This document shows positions 1 to 12,089 of a stretch of DNA of 64,000 nt, piece by piece. The notes under the pieces were generated by a model. The model was given only the letters and a program-made list of their open reading frames with translations. It did no database searches and was not told the origin of the DNA. Within the stretch, counting starts at the first letter, position 1; each line of letters opens with the position of its first letter. The stretch is from Betaproteobacteria bacterium. Lineage in GTDB: Bacteria > Pseudomonadota > Gammaproteobacteria > Burkholderiales > SG8-41. The stretch covers positions 10,093 through 74,092 of the forward strand of contig JANYDY010000039.1 in assembly GCA_025363435.1 (NCBI GenBank). Reading direction: 5' to 3'. Made by a program: the position numbers and the translations under genes.

Positions 1-93
1 CGGCACGTAGATGCCGGCCTGATTAGCCGCATCCATCACGGTGCTGCCGTCAGGCACTTCGAGTTTCTGGCCGTCGATTTCTATTTCAAGCAT
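1..93 (-). CDS. nuoG: NADH-quinone oxidoreductase subunit G (first 31 codons only; the rest lies left of the window)
   Basis: Reverse-strand ATG at 93-91 translates to MLEIEIDGQKLEVPDGSTVMDAANQAGIYVP, a typical NuoG N-terminus. It lies directly downstream of nuoF in nuoA-N order. Confidence 0.85.
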   Translation of the reverse strand, partial: MLEIEIDGQKLEVPDGSTVMDAANQAGIYVP

Positions 94-104
94 GGCTATA
101 GCAA

Positions 105-1418
105 CTATATGTAGTCCGGAACGATGCACTTCTTGTGATCGATATGATGCTGAAATTCGTCGCGATAGTGCTTGATGAAGGCGCGCACCGGCATCGCCGC
201 GGCGTCACCCAGTGCGCAGATCGTGCGCCCCTGAATATTGTCGGCAACCTTATTGAGCATATCGATATCTTCAGGCTTGCCTTTGCCGTGCTCAATGCGG
301 TCGACCATGCGGTAGAGCCAGCCGGTGCCTTCACGGCATGGCGTGCACTGCCCGCAGGATTCTTCATAATAGAAATATGAAAGACGCAACAGGCTCTTCA
401 CCATGCAGCGCGTTTCGTTCATGACAATAACTGCGCCGGAACCCAGCATTGAGCCGGCCTTGGCAATCGAGTCATAGTCCATGTCGGTAGCCATCATGAT
501 CTCGGCAGGTAGCACCGGCATCGACGAACCACCGGGTATCACCGCTTTCAATTTGATGCCGTCGCGCATGCCGCCGGCCATTTCAAGCAGTTTCGGAAAC
601 GGCGTGCCGAGCTTCACTTCGTAATTGCCCGGCCGCGCAACGTCGCCCGATACTGAAAATATCTTGGTGCCGCCGTTGTTGGGCTTGCCAAGCGCCAGAA
701 ACGCGTCCGCGCCGTTGTTGATAATCCACGGCACCGCAGCAAAGGTTTCTGTATTGTTGATCGTGGTCGGCTTGCCATAAAGGCCGAAGCTGGCCGGAAA
801 CGGCGGTTTGAAACGCGGTTGCCCTTTCTTGCCTTCGAGCGATTCGAGCAAAGCAGTTTCCTCGCCGCAAATATAAGCGCCCCAACCGTGGTGGTTGTAC
901 ATCTGGAATTTGAAACCGGTGCCGAGGATGTTGTCACCGAGATAACCGGCTGCACGCGCCTCATCGACTGCCGTCTCGATGCGTTCGAATACGTCCCAGA
1001 TTTCTCCATGCACGTAGTTATAGCCAACCGCCGTAGCCGTCGTATAACCGGCAATCGCCATGCCCTCGATCAGCGCATGCGGGTTGTAGCGCAGAATGTC
1101 GCGATCCTTGAACGTACCCGGTTCACCCTCATCCGAGTTGCACACCAGGTATTTGGCGCCGGGAAACTGGCGCGGCATGAAGCTCCATTTGAGGCCGGTC
1201 GGAAAGCCTGCGCCGCCACGACCGCGCAGCGCCGATTTTTTGAGATCTGCAATCACCTGTTCAGGCGGAATTTTTTCCGTCAGAATTTTGCGCAATGCCG
1301 CGTAACCGCCGCGCGCCTCATAATCCTTGAGACTCCAGTTGGTTCCGTTGATACCCTTCATGATGACGGCATCGGGCCCGAACAGGTCGGTGGCAAACGG
1401 TGGAACAGGTAGCCCCAT
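105..1418 (-). CDS. nuoF: NADH-quinone oxidoreductase subunit F (51 kDa, FMN/NADH-binding)
   Basis: ORF 105..1469 trimmed to the ATG at 1418 (MGLPVPPF...), which forms a TAATG overlap with the nuoE stop. Motifs seen: [10 protein letters not shown] and [12 protein letters not shown] (4Fe-4S ligands). Confidence 0.95.
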   Translation of the reverse strand: MGLPVPPFATDLFGPDAVIMKGINGTNWSLKDYEARGGYAALRKILTEKIPPEQVIADLKKSALRGRGGAGFPTGLKWSFMPRQFPGAKYLVCNSDEGEPGTFKDRDILRYNPHALIEGMAIAGYTTATAVGYNYVHGEIWDVFERIETAVDEARAAGYLGDNILGTGFKFQMYNHHGWGAYICGEETALLESLEGKKGQPRFKPPFPASFGLYGKPTTINNTETFAAVPWIINNGADAFLALGKPNNGGTKIFSVSGDVARPGNYEVKLGTPFPKLLEMAGGMRDGIKLKAVIPGGSSMPVLPAEIMMATDMDYDSIAKAGSMLGSGAVIVMNETRCMVKSLLRLSYFYYEESCGQCTPCREGTGWLYRMVDRIEHGKGKPEDIDMLNKVADNIQGRTICALGDAAAMPVRAFIKHYRDEFQHHIDHKKCIVPDYI

Positions 1419-1906
1419 TACTTGAGCTCCTCGATCAACTTGTCGAGCTTGTCTGCAGTCATGGCACACAACATATGTTTGTTATTCCGGATTAGAACCG
1501 GCGCATCACCGCAGGCGCCCATGCACTCGGCTTCCTTCAGCGTAAATGCACCGTCCGCAGTCGTCTCGCCGAAACCGATGCCGAGTTTCTTCTTGAGATG
1601 CTCGGCAGCAAGATTTGCCCCCTGTAGCGCACACGGCAGGTTGGTGCAAATTGAAAGCTTGCAACGACCGACCGGTTTTAAATCGTACATGGTGTAAAAA
1701 CTTGCCACTTCATAGACCGCGATCGCCGGCATGCCCAGATAAGCGGCCACAAAGTCCATAGTCTCGGTAGCCAGCCAGCCCTTTTCGTCCTGCGCAATGG
1801 TCAGTGTGGCCATCACCGCCGATTGCTTCTGGTCGGCAGGATACTTGGCCACGGCTTTGTCGATTTTGGCCAGCGATTCGGGATTCAATAACATGGGCGC
1901 GTTCAT
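1418..1906 (-). CDS. nuoE: NADH-quinone oxidoreductase subunit E (24 kDa, 2Fe-2S)
   Basis: 162 aa with Cys ligand blocks LSICTNLPC and [10 protein letters not shown]. Position is between nuoD and nuoF. Confidence 0.95.
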   Translation of the reverse strand: MNAPMLLNPESLAKIDKAVAKYPADQKQSAVMATLTIAQDEKGWLATETMDFVAAYLGMPAIAVYEVASFYTMYDLKPVGRCKLSICTNLPCALQGANLAAEHLKKKLGIGFGETTADGAFTLKEAECMGACGDAPVLIRNNKHMLCAMTADKLDKLIEELK

Positions 1907-1912
1907 CGCTTG

Positions 1913-3166
1913 TTACCTATCGATCTCGCCGAAGACGATATCCTGGGTGCCGATAATCGCCACCACATCAGCAATCATATGGCCGCGCACCATTTCGTCG
2001 AGCGCCGCCAGATGCGGATAACCGGGCGCGCGTATCTTCAGGCGATACGGTTTGTTGGCGCCGTCGGACACCAGATAAATGCCGAACTCGCCCTTCGGAT
2101 GCTCGACCGCAGCATAAGCCTCGCCCGGCGGCACATGCATGCCCTCGGTAAACAGCTTGAAATGGTGGATCAGTTCTTCCATGTTCTGCTTCATGTCGAG
2201 CCGCGACGGCGGTGCAACCTTGTGGCTATCCGTCATTACCGGACCGGGGTTTGCCCGCAACCACTCAACACATTGCTTGACGATCCGATTCGATTGGCGG
2301 AACTCCTCGATGCGCACCAGATAACGGTCATAGCAGTCGCCATTGACGCCGACCGGCACATCGAATTGCAGTTTGTCGTAAACCTCATAGGGCTGCTTCT
2401 TGCGCAGATCCCATTCAATGCCGGAGCCGCGCAACATCGGCCCCGAAAATCCCAGCGCCTTGGCACGCTCTGGCGAAACAACACCAATACCGACGGTGCG
2501 CTGTTTCCAGATGCGGTTGTCGGTCAGCAGGGTTTCGTATTCATCGACATAACGCGGGAAGCGGTTGGTGAAGTCTTCGATGAAATCAAGTACCGAACCG
2601 CCACGATTGGCATTGAGTGCGCGCGTTGCCGATGCATTGTGAATCTGCGTAGCCGTGTATTGCGGCATGACATCCGGCAGATCGCGATAAACGCCACCCG
2701 GGCGGTAATAAGCCGCGTGCATGCGTGCGCCAGATACCGCTTCATAACAATCCATCAGATCTTCGCGTTCGCGGAAGCAATACAAAAACACCGTCATCGC
2801 GCCGACGTCCAGCGCATGTGCGCCCAGCCACAAACAATGATTCAAAATACGCGTAATTTCATCGAACATCACACGGATGTACTGCGCGCGCAGCGGCACT
2901 TCGATGCCAAGCAACTTTTCGATCGCCATCACATAGGCGTGCTCGTTGACCATCATCGAGACGTAATCGAGGCGGTCCATATACGGCACCGACTGCAGGA
3001 AGGTGCGATGCTCGGCGAGTTTCTCGGTAGCGCGGTGCAGCAGGCCGATATGCGGGTCGGCGCGCTCGATCACTTCGCCGTCAAGTTCGAGCACCAGGCG
3101 TAATACGCCGTGGGCGGCCGGATGCTGCGGCCCGAAGTTCATCGTGTAATTACGAATGTCAGCCAT
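1913..3166 (-). CDS. nuoD: NADH-quinone oxidoreductase subunit D (49 kDa)
   Basis: 417 aa with the N-terminal signature [16 protein letters not shown]. It is separate from nuoC, not a fused NuoCD. Confidence 0.96.
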   Translation of the reverse strand: MADIRNYTMNFGPQHPAAHGVLRLVLELDGEVIERADPHIGLLHRATEKLAEHRTFLQSVPYMDRLDYVSMMVNEHAYVMAIEKLLGIEVPLRAQYIRVMFDEITRILNHCLWLGAHALDVGAMTVFLYCFREREDLMDCYEAVSGARMHAAYYRPGGVYRDLPDVMPQYTATQIHNASATRALNANRGGSVLDFIEDFTNRFPRYVDEYETLLTDNRIWKQRTVGIGVVSPERAKALGFSGPMLRGSGIEWDLRKKQPYEVYDKLQFDVPVGVNGDCYDRYLVRIEEFRQSNRIVKQCVEWLRANPGPVMTDSHKVAPPSRLDMKQNMEELIHHFKLFTEGMHVPPGEAYAAVEHPKGEFGIYLVSDGANKPYRLKIRAPGYPHLAALDEMVRGHMIADVVAIIGTQDIVFGEIDR

Positions 3167-3169
3167 CGC

Positions 3170-3784
3170 CTAACCCTTGCGGAAGCCTTCGCTGTCGGCG
3201 TAATGCTCCTGGCGCACGATACGCGGCGTGATTTCACGCGGCTCTATGGTGACCGGCTGATAGATGACGCGTCGCTGCTCGGGGTCGTAGCGCATTTCAA
3301 CATTGCCCGAAACCGGAAAATCCTTGCGGAACGGATGACCGATAAAACCATAATCAGTCAATATGCGGCGCAAATCGGGATGCCCGTTGAAGACAATGCC
3401 GAAAAGATCAAAGGTTTCGCGTTCGTACCAATTTGCCGCCGGCCACACGGCATTCACTGAATCAAGCACAGGAAAATCGTCTTCACTGGCGAAGACGCGC
3501 ACGCGCAAACGGCGATTATGCGTCAGCGATAACAGGTGATAAATCGCTGCGAACCGTTTGCCGGTATGCGCACCGTCGCCGTAGGCCTGATAATCGACGC
3601 CGCAAAGATCGATCAATTGCTCAAAACGCAGATCGGCGTGATCACGCAGCACCAGCATGGCGTCGAGCATGCTGTCTGCTGCCAATACCAAAGTTACTTC
3701 ATGCAAAGCGACAACGACTTCAGCCGCCTTTTCGCCCAGCACGGATTTAATGCTCTCAGCGAGAGCTGTGGCGATGCCGCTCAT
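3170..3784 (-). CDS. nuoC: NADH-quinone oxidoreductase subunit C (30 kDa)
   Basis: 204 aa with [27 protein letters not shown], the conserved NuoC block. Confidence 0.94.
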   Translation of the reverse strand: MSGIATALAESIKSVLGEKAAEVVVALHEVTLVLAADSMLDAMLVLRDHADLRFEQLIDLCGVDYQAYGDGAHTGKRFAAIYHLLSLTHNRRLRVRVFASEDDFPVLDSVNAVWPAANWYERETFDLFGIVFNGHPDLRRILTDYGFIGHPFRKDFPVSGNVEMRYDPEQRRVIYQPVTIEPREITPRIVRQEHYADSEGFRKG

Positions 3785-4264
3785 TTATCTGGCAATCGTG
3801 TTGGTGCGCTTGATCTTGTTCTGCAACTGGATGATGCCGTAGAGCAGCGCCTCTGCCGTCGGCGGGCAACCGGGCACATAAATATCGACCGGCACGATGC
3901 GGTCACAGCCGCGCACAACTGAATACGAATAGTGGTAATAACCGCCGCCGTTGGCGCAGGAACCCATCGAAATCACCCAGCGCGGTTCGGCCATCTGGTC
4001 GTAAACCTTGCGCAGTGCCGGCGCCATCTTGTTGCACAGCGTGCCGGCAACAATCATGACATCCGATTGGCGCGGACTCGGGCGAAACACGATACCGAAG
4101 CGGTCAAGGTCGTAGCGCGAAGCGCCGGCGTGCATCATTTCGACCGCACAACAGGCCAAACCGAAGGTCATCGGCCACAGCGAGCCGGTACGCGTCCAGT
4201 TGACCAGTGCGTCCGCCGTCGTCAGGGCAAAACCTTTTTCCGTTATCTGTTCGATGGCACCCAT
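3785..4264 (-). CDS. nuoB: NADH-quinone oxidoreductase subunit B (20 kDa, cluster N2)
   Basis: 159 aa with [20 protein letters not shown] and VPGCPP Cys ligand motifs. Confidence 0.96.
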   Translation of the reverse strand: MGAIEQITEKGFALTTADALVNWTRTGSLWPMTFGLACCAVEMMHAGASRYDLDRFGIVFRPSPRQSDVMIVAGTLCNKMAPALRKVYDQMAEPRWVISMGSCANGGGYYHYSYSVVRGCDRIVPVDIYVPGCPPTAEALLYGIIQLQNKIKRTNTIAR

Positions 4265-4302
4265 CGTTTACCTCGCAGCCGCATTGTGACGGCAGATCGT
4301 GT

Positions 4303-4671
4303 TCAATCCCACTCCAGCGCGCCTTTTTTCCACTCGTAGACGAAACCAACCACCAGTATCGCCAGAAATATCATCATTGCGATAAATCCGGGCATGCCGA
4401 TTTCGCGCAACACGATCGCCCATGGAAAAAGGAATGCAATTTCGAGATCGAACAGGATAAACAGGATGGCGACAAGATAGTAGCGCACATCGAATTTCAT
4501 GCGCGCATCCTCAAACGCCTCAAAACCGCATTCGTACGGCGACAGTTTCTCACTGTCAGGGCGGTGCATGCCCGTCAGCCGGCTGACAATCCCGCCCGCC
4601 AACACCGGCGCCACGCCAAAGACGATGCCGACGATAATGAAGAGCAGAATCGGAAAATAGTTTTCAGGCAT
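4303..4671 (-). CDS. nuoA: NADH-quinone oxidoreductase subunit A
   Basis: 122 aa with three hydrophobic helices and the PYECGF motif. It is the first gene of the nuo cluster. Confidence 0.93.
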   Translation of the reverse strand: MPENYFPILLFIIVGIVFGVAPVLAGGIVSRLTGMHRPDSEKLSPYECGFEAFEDARMKFDVRYYLVAILFILFDLEIAFLFPWAIVLREIGMPGFIAMMIFLAILVVGFVYEWKKGALEWD

Positions 4672-4769
4672 GAAAAATCAGGATATCTGTCAAAACCTTA
4701 AACGACAACTCAAATATATCAGCAAAAAACATCGCCCACATTACCTTGCAAAATTGGTGATCAAACTCA

Positions 4770-4784
4770 GATCCTCAATCCTGT
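4770..4784 (-). repeat. Copy of the dispersed repeat immediately 3' of tRNA-Leu(GAG)
   Basis: Reverse strand reads ACAGGATTGAGGATC, identical over 15 nt to 26879-26893. It starts 6 nt after the tRNA CCA end. Confidence 0.7.
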
Positions 4785-4789
4785 AACAC

Positions 4790-4874
4790 TGGTGCCGACG
4801 GAGAGACTCGAACTCTCACGGCTTTCGCCACCGCCCCCTCAAGACGGCGTGTCTACCAATTCCACCACGACGGC
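4790..4874 (-). tRNA. leuU: tRNA-Leu (anticodon GAG), class II with long variable arm, CCA encoded
   Basis: Reverse strand reads GCCGTCGTGGTGGAATTGGTAGACACGCCGTCTTGAGGGGGCGGTGGCGAAAGCCGTGAGAGTTCGAGTCTCTCCGTCGGCACCA. The anticodon arm is CCGTC-TTGAGGG-GGCGG and the T-loop is TTCGAGT. It lies directly downstream of secG, as in the E. coli secG-leuU unit. The acceptor stem has one U5:U68 mismatch. Confidence 0.9.
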
Positions 4875-4891
4875 ATTGCCATTACACAAAT

Positions 4892-4917
4892 CTTGGATAT
4901 CGCACGCGATATCCAAG
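4892..4917 (-). other. Perfect 11-bp stem-loop between the secG stop and tRNA-Leu (processing site or partial terminator)
   Basis: CTTGGATATCG-CACG-CGATATCCAAG read directly. It sits 10 nt after the secG stop and 17 nt before the tRNA 5' end. Confidence 0.5.
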
Positions 4918-4927
4918 GCGCTCTACA

Positions 4928-5293
4928 TTATTTCGGTATTTCCTTAACCTTTGAATCAGCCTCGCCGCCTGCCTTGTCCGGCACCGGTGCGGGCGCCGTC
5001 GCCGGCGCAGTGGCCGGCGCAGAACTGGCCGGCGGCACTGCCATCACGCCTTTATGTTCGCCACGGTGCGCTGAATACCAGGTCAAACCGAGACTGGTCA
5101 AAAAGAAAATGGTCGCCAGTACCGAAGTGGTGCGGCTGAGAAAGTTCGCCGACCCGCTCGAGCCGAACAGACTCCCCGAGCTGCCGCCGCCAAAGGCCGC
5201 GCCCATATCAGCGCCCTTGCCGTGCTGCAAAAGCACCAGGCCTATGATCCCCAGCGCTGCGATCACATGTATTGACAACACGACAACTTCCAT
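4928..5293 (-). CDS. secG: Preprotein translocase subunit SecG
   Basis: 121 aa with LLQHGKGADMGAAFGGGSSGSLFGSSG, the glycine-rich SecG core flanked by two TM helices. The C-terminal tail is Ala/Pro-rich. Confidence 0.92.
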   Translation of the reverse strand: MEVVVLSIHVIAALGIIGLVLLQHGKGADMGAAFGGGSSGSLFGSSGSANFLSRTTSVLATIFFLTSLGLTWYSAHRGEHKGVMAVPPASSAPATAPATAPAPVPDKAGGEADSKVKEIPK

Positions 5294-5309
5294 TCGACCT
5301 CCCTATTTC

Positions 5310-6071
5310 TCAAGCACGCGGAACCGCGGCCCGGCAAATTGCCATGAATTCATCCGCTACCAATGACGCACCGCCGATCAATCCGCCATCGATGTCGGCC
5401 TGCGAGAACAATTCGACTGCATTTGCGGCCTTGACGCTGCCGCCGTACAAAATCTGCAAGCCGGCTGCCACTGCGGCATCAAGCGCCGCGATACGGTTGC
5501 GTATAAACGCGTGCACTGCCTGCGCCTGTGCCGGCGTCGCCGTCTTGCCGGTGCCGATCGCCCACACCGGTTCATAGGCAACTACCGCGCGCGCCAATGC
5601 AGCAACGCCCGACACTGCCATGATCGCATCCAGTTGGCGACCGACTACCGTCTCTGTTACGCCGGACTCGCGTTCCTGCAGACTTTCACCAACACAAAGT
5701 ATCGGTGTCAGGCCGGCCTTGCGCGCAGCGTCAAATTTTGCCGCGACCAGTGCATCGCTGTCGCCGAACACGGCGCGGCGTTCCGAATGCCCGACGATCG
5801 CGTATTTGCAGCCGAAATCCGTCAACATGGTCGACGTGACTGCACCAGTGTACGCGCCGGCACCGAAATGGCTGACGTCCTGACCGCCCCAGACCACACT
5901 CGAATCGCCGAGAATCTGCTGCGCCTGGGCCAGATACGGATAGGGCACGCAGACGGCGGCTTCGACCCCGTGCATCGATGCTGCAGACGCACGAACCTGC
6001 TCCAATAAACGGCGGTTGGCGACCAGGTCGCCATTCGATTTCCAGTTGCCTGCTACCAACTTGCCGCGCAT
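5310..6071 (-). CDS. tpiA: Triose-phosphate isomerase
   Basis: ORF trimmed from the GTG at 6083 to the ATG at 6071, which is preceded by AGGA. Motifs seen: AGNWKSNG, IVGHSERR and AYEPVWAIGTG. Confidence 0.95.
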   Translation of the reverse strand: MRGKLVAGNWKSNGDLVANRRLLEQVRASAASMHGVEAAVCVPYPYLAQAQQILGDSSVVWGGQDVSHFGAGAYTGAVTSTMLTDFGCKYAIVGHSERRAVFGDSDALVAAKFDAARKAGLTPILCVGESLQERESGVTETVVGRQLDAIMAVSGVAALARAVVAYEPVWAIGTGKTATPAQAQAVHAFIRNRIAALDAAVAAGLQILYGGSVKAANAVELFSQADIDGGLIGGASLVADEFMAICRAAVPRA

Positions 6072-6099
6072 TGTCCTGCCCACCGCCTAAAACCGTGGA

Positions 6100-6128
6100 A
6101 TTCTACCGGCGACAGCCTGCATGGTCAA
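6100..6128 (-). promoter_or_regulatory. Candidate sigma70 promoter for tpiA-secG-leuU
   Basis: Reverse strand reads TTGACC-N17-TAGAAT. The -35 is at 6128-6123 and the -10 at 6105-6100, about 30 nt upstream of the tpiA ATG. Confidence 0.45.
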
Positions 6129-6194
6129 TGCAAATTAAGCTCAAAAGTTGTCCGAGCGCCTTGATATTTTTGAATATTCCGCCGGGTTTCGCGA

Positions 6195-7541
6195 CTAGGC
6201 AGCAGCGCAAACCGCAGCGGCAATAGCTTCCGCGCAACGCTCGACCAGCGGCTTGGCGCGCCCCTCCACCATCACCCGTATCAACGGCTCGGTACCGGAG
6301 GCGCGCAGCAAAACACGGCCGTCGCCCTTTAATGCCTTTTCCGCCGCAGCAACCGCCCGTTTAACGCCCCGGTTGTCTGAAAAATCGAAGCTTTCTTGCA
6401 CGCGCACATTAACAAGCACCTGCGGATACAGCCGCACACCCGCAGCCGCCCGGGGCAGCGTCAATCCGGCGCTGCGCAACGCTGCCAGCACCTGCAATGC
6501 CGAGACGATGCCATCCCCTGTCGTGTGCTGGTCGAGACAAACAATATGTCCCGAGTTCTCGCCGCCCAGATGCCAGCCGCGTTTGTTCAGCATCTCCAGC
6601 ACGTAACGGTCACCGACTGCTGCGCGGGCAAACGGAATTTTCAGTTTGGCGAACGCCTGTTCCAGACCGAAATTGGTCATCAACGTACCAACCACACCCC
6701 CGCTCAATCTGCGATTGCGACGGCGATCCATTGCAATGACATAGAGCAGCCTGTCACCGTCGTAAATCTCGCCTTTGCCATCAACCATGACCAAGCGATC
6801 GCCATCGCCATCCAGTGCAATGCCCAGATCGGCGCGTTCACGCGCGACTGCTTTCTGCAAAGCTGCCGGATTGGTCGCGCCGCAATCACGATTGATATTA
6901 ATGCCATCGGGCATATTGCCGATCGCTACCACATCCGCGCCGAGTTCATGAAAAACATGCGCGGCAACGTGATAACTCGCGCCATTTGCGCTATCAACGA
7001 CTATGCGCATGCCGCGCAAATCCAGACGTGAGGGAAAAGTGCTTTTGCAGAATTCGATGTAGCGCCCGGCCGCATCATCCATCCGGCGCGCCTTGCCGAG
7101 GCCTGCCGATTTACGGCTTTGCATCGGCCGCGCCAGCTCTGCCTCAATCGCCATTTCGACTTTGTCCGCAAGCTTGGCGCCGTCACCCGAAAAAAACTTG
7201 ATGCCGTTATCGTCAAACGGATTATGCGAGGCGCTGATGACAATACCGGCCGACAATCTGAGCGCGCGCGTGAGATAGGCTACACCGGGCGTCGGCATGG
7301 GGCCAACCAGAAGCACATCAACACCTGCGGCGGCCAGCCCGGCCTCCAGTGCGGACTCCAGCATGTAGCCCGAAATACGCGTGTCCTTGCCAATCAAAAC
7401 CGCCGGGCGCTCGCCATGCTTGCCGGCGCGGGCAAGCACCTGCCCTGCCGCATAACCAAGCCGCAGCACGAACTCGGGCGTGATCGGCGTTTCGCCGACC
7501 TTGCCGCGTATACCGTCAGTGCCGAAATATTTTCTTTTCAT
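6195..7541 (-). CDS. glmM: Phosphoglucosamine mutase
   Basis: 448 aa with the [15 protein letters not shown] phosphoserine loop, the N-terminus [13 protein letters not shown], and conserved folP-glmM linkage. Confidence 0.96.
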   Translation of the reverse strand: MKRKYFGTDGIRGKVGETPITPEFVLRLGYAAGQVLARAGKHGERPAVLIGKDTRISGYMLESALEAGLAAAGVDVLLVGPMPTPGVAYLTRALRLSAGIVISASHNPFDDNGIKFFSGDGAKLADKVEMAIEAELARPMQSRKSAGLGKARRMDDAAGRYIEFCKSTFPSRLDLRGMRIVVDSANGASYHVAAHVFHELGADVVAIGNMPDGININRDCGATNPAALQKAVARERADLGIALDGDGDRLVMVDGKGEIYDGDRLLYVIAMDRRRNRRLSGGVVGTLMTNFGLEQAFAKLKIPFARAAVGDRYVLEMLNKRGWHLGGENSGHIVCLDQHTTGDGIVSALQVLAALRSAGLTLPRAAAGVRLYPQVLVNVRVQESFDFSDNRGVKRAVAAAEKALKGDGRVLLRASGTEPLIRVMVEGRAKPLVERCAEAIAAAVCAAA

Positions 7542-7573
7542 TTCATATCCACCGCTAAAACCCGCGCGATTAT

Positions 7574-8419
7574 TTATTCTGCCGCCGCATTGCGTACCGC
7601 ACTCAACACCGCAAGGACATCGCGGGTTGCCGCTACATCGTGCACGCGCACAATATTCGCCCCGTTCTGCACAGCAATCATGGCGGCCGCCACGCTGGCG
7701 TAAGTACGTTCGCTCGCATCGCGGCCGGTGATTTGACCGAGCATCGACTTGCGCGAAATGCCTGCTAACAGCGCAACCCCCTCCGGCGCAGTGCCGCGCA
7801 AACTGCGCAGCAGTTGCAGATTATGCGCCAGCGTCTTGCCAAACCCAAAACCCGGATCTACTACAAGCCGTTCGCGCGCGATGCCGGCAGCACAGGCTAC
7901 CGCCACACGCGCCGCCAGAAACCCGGCAACGTCGGCGACCACATCATCATAGCGGGGATCGCGTTGCATGTTCGCCGGTGCGCCGCGTTTGTGCATCAGG
8001 CAGATTGCAACGTTGGCACCTGCCGCAATTTCGAGCGATGCCGGCGTTTGCAGCGCTTCGATATCATTGAGCATGGACGCGCCGGCAGCAATTGCATCGC
8101 GCATGAGCGCGGATTTGCGCGTATCGACTGATATCGGCACGGCAACATCCGACAAACGCTCCAGCACTGGCAGCACGCGGCGCCGCTCTTCATCAAGGTC
8201 AACCTCTGCCGCGCCGGGGCGTGTCGATTCTCCGCCGATATCGATGATATCGGCGCCTTCAGCGATCAATTGATGCGCATGTGCGACGGCAGCGGCGGCC
8301 GATTCGAAACGCCCGCCATCGGAAAAAGAATCCGGCGTCACATTGACGACCCCCATGATCAGAGGCCGTTCGAGATCAAGCCGGTATTTACCGCACTGGA
8401 AAAACATCGTAAGAGGCAA
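7574..8419 (-). CDS. folP: Dihydropteroate synthase
   Basis: 281 aa with [14 protein letters not shown] and [10 protein letters not shown] motifs. Confidence 0.95.
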   Translation of the reverse strand: MPLTMFFQCGKYRLDLERPLIMGVVNVTPDSFSDGGRFESAAAAVAHAHQLIAEGADIIDIGGESTRPGAAEVDLDEERRRVLPVLERLSDVAVPISVDTRKSALMRDAIAAGASMLNDIEALQTPASLEIAAGANVAICLMHKRGAPANMQRDPRYDDVVADVAGFLAARVAVACAAGIARERLVVDPGFGFGKTLAHNLQLLRSLRGTAPEGVALLAGISRKSMLGQITGRDASERTYASVAAAMIAVQNGANIVRVHDVAATRDVLAVLSAVRNAAAE

Positions 8420-8498
8420 AGAGCGAGGCGCAATTCTACGGTAGACGGCACCGCCTATCGCCTCACGCCTTTCTCCTCACAGATGCGCCAACGGCGCG

Positions 8499-10391
<1,893 letters not shown>

Positions 10392-10468
10392 AGTACTCCT
10401 CGCTATTCGCGATGAAAAACAATGTGTTCCGGCGGCAATTCTAAACCCTTTTCTGGAGTTCCGTCAGT

Positions 10469-11113
10469 TCACCCCGGTGCGCCGCCGGAACCCTTTTTGC
10501 GGGATTTGCTGCCAAGCAAATATAGTTCGTTGCTGCGGCCACGGGAGGCTTCCGGTTTGCGCGTCGAAACCTTCTCAAAACAACCCTGCATTTCCTTAAA
10601 AAATTCTTGAAATCCAGAGCCTTGGAACACTTTGACCAGGAATGCGCCGCCAGGTTTCAAATGGTTTACGGCAAATTCCAACGCCAGTTCAGTCAAGTGC
10701 ATGGCGCGCGCCTGGTCGCTCAGCGCAATACCACTGATGTTGGGGGACATATCGCTCAATACAAGGTCAATCGGTCGCGTCCCCAGGGCCGCGCTCAATT
10801 GCGCCTCCACCGCCGCCTCGCGGAAATCGCCCTGAAAAAACGTTACGCCGGGCAAGGGCTCCATTTCGAGGATATCAAGGGCGTATACCCGGCCGTGCGG
10901 GCCGACCTGTGCGCGCGCCACCTGCGACCAGCCGCCCGGTGTTGCACCGAGATCGACCACCGTCATACCCGGGCGCAACAATTTATCGCGTTGCGCAATC
11001 TCCAGCAGTTTATAAGAAGCGCGTGAGCGGTAGCCTTCGGCACGCGCACGTTTGACGTAAACGTCATTGACGTGCTCTTTCATCCATTGTTGGCTGGTTT
11101 TCGAACGCTTCAT
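10469..11113 (-). CDS. rlmE: 23S rRNA (uridine2552-2'-O)-methyltransferase RlmE (FtsJ)
   Basis: ORF trimmed to the ATG at 11113 ([14 protein letters not shown]...). SAM motif [14 protein letters not shown] is present. It lies upstream of ftsH, as in many proteobacteria. Confidence 0.93.
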   Translation of the reverse strand: MKRSKTSQQWMKEHVNDVYVKRARAEGYRSRASYKLLEIAQRDKLLRPGMTVVDLGATPGGWSQVARAQVGPHGRVYALDILEMEPLPGVTFFQGDFREAAVEAQLSAALGTRPIDLVLSDMSPNISGIALSDQARAMHLTELALEFAVNHLKPGGAFLVKVFQGSGFQEFFKEMQGCFEKVSTRKPEASRGRSNELYLLGSKSRKKGSGGAPG

Positions 11114-11219
11114 CGTGAAATCGGCTGTCGAAATAAATCGATGTGCCCGAAAAAAACAGCTGTGCAAATAAAATCAATAGCAGCAAACATACCGCAGCAG
11201 CCTCAAATGTGGGGGTTCA

Positions 11220-11239
11220 GAAGGGGGCGTGCCCCCTTC
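11220..11239. promoter_or_regulatory. GC-rich inverted repeat in the divergent rlmE / yhbY control region
   Basis: GAAGGGGGC-GT-GCCCCCTTC, with 9-bp perfect arms. It ends 31 nt upstream of the yhbY ATG. It lies between two gene starts, so it is not a terminator. Confidence 0.35.
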
Positions 11240-11269
11240 CTCTACAACCTGATAGACTCCGGCGCAATC

Positions 11270-11620
11270 ATGACACTCACACTCACTTCGGCCCAGCGCC
11301 GCGAACTGCGCGCCCGCGCGCACGTACTCCATCCCGTTGTGATAGTCGGCGACGGCGGACTCACCGCGACCGTCCTGCAGGAAATCGATCGCGGCCTCGA
11401 CAGCCACGAACTGATCAAGGTGCGAGTTTTTTCCGATACGCATGAAACACGCGGTGCCTTGCTGCAGGAAATGTGCGACACGCTGTCGGCCGCCCCTGTT
11501 CAGCACATCGGCAAAATTCTGATTATTTACCGTCCTCGCACCGACGCTCCTGCAGCGGCGAAGAAACAAGTGCGCAAACGCAAACTGCCGCGCCGTACCA
11601 AGCGCAGCTACCAGAGTTAA
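11270..11620 (+). CDS. yhbY: Ribosome assembly RNA-binding protein YhbY (CRM domain)
   Basis: ORF trimmed to the ATG at 11270 (MTLTLTSAQRRELRARAHVLHPVVIVGDGGLT...). It is divergent from rlmE, the conserved arrangement. Confidence 0.88.
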   Translation: MTLTLTSAQRRELRARAHVLHPVVIVGDGGLTATVLQEIDRGLDSHELIKVRVFSDTHETRGALLQEMCDTLSAAPVQHIGKILIIYRPRTDAPAAAKKQVRKRKLPRRTKRSYQS

Positions 11621-11625
11621 CCACT

Positions 11626-12087
11626 CTATTCCGGGTTGCGGCCCTGCAGCCAGATCAGCAGCACACCGAGCAGACATTCGATCAGGTAGAGCACGCTGGC
11701 GACGCCATGCCAAGTCGCAAAGCGGTCGCGAAACACGCTTTCCATCACCTCGGCGGGCAGTGCCTGACTTTTGATCGCCGCGAGCACCGGCTGCACACCG
11801 AATTCGCCGACCAGCACCAGCGTCAGCATGGCGAGCACGATCCAGAAGCGCCCGTGTTTCAGCCCGCTCGCACCGAACCGGATCAGCCGGTACAGCAACA
11901 GATAAATGGCGCAACCAATGCCGATGTAAGCAATCAGCGTAAACAGCTTGCCGGCAATACTGCCGGCGACCACGCGGTCGGTCATGGTGTGAAACAGCGC
12001 CGGCGCGACCAGCAATCCAACCGTCCACATGCCGCCGATCCACAGCGTCAGTGCAATTGCATGCAATCCATCGGCGAAACCGCGCAT
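11626..12087 (-). CDS. DUF4149-like integral membrane protein
   Basis: 153 aa with four hydrophobic helices. It sits immediately downstream of greA, where betaproteobacteria usually carry a DUF4149 gene. The family assignment is from memory of that synteny. Confidence 0.6.
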   Translation of the reverse strand: MRGFADGLHAIALTLWIGGMWTVGLLVAPALFHTMTDRVVAGSIAGKLFTLIAYIGIGCAIYLLLYRLIRFGASGLKHGRFWIVLAMLTLVLVGEFGVQPVLAAIKSQALPAEVMESVFRDRFATWHGVASVLYLIECLLGVLLIWLQGRNPE

Positions 12088-12089
12088 GG

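Noticed and set aside
1910-3103. Long antisense ORFs opposite real genes. Examples: 1910-3103(+) opposite nuoD, 12551-13726(+) opposite carB, 17137-18477(+) opposite dapB/bamE, 22989-23828(-) and 23861-24706(-) opposite hemH/grpE, 33490-34287(-) opposite the methyltransferase, 39509-40327(-) and 40352-41296(-) opposite the transpeptidase/ppiA, and 52121-53365(+) opposite hisZ.
   Set aside because: Their translations are Arg/Ala/Gly/Pro-rich with no family motifs, while the opposite strand encodes unmistakable conserved proteins. Long stop-free antisense frames are expected in GC-rich DNA.
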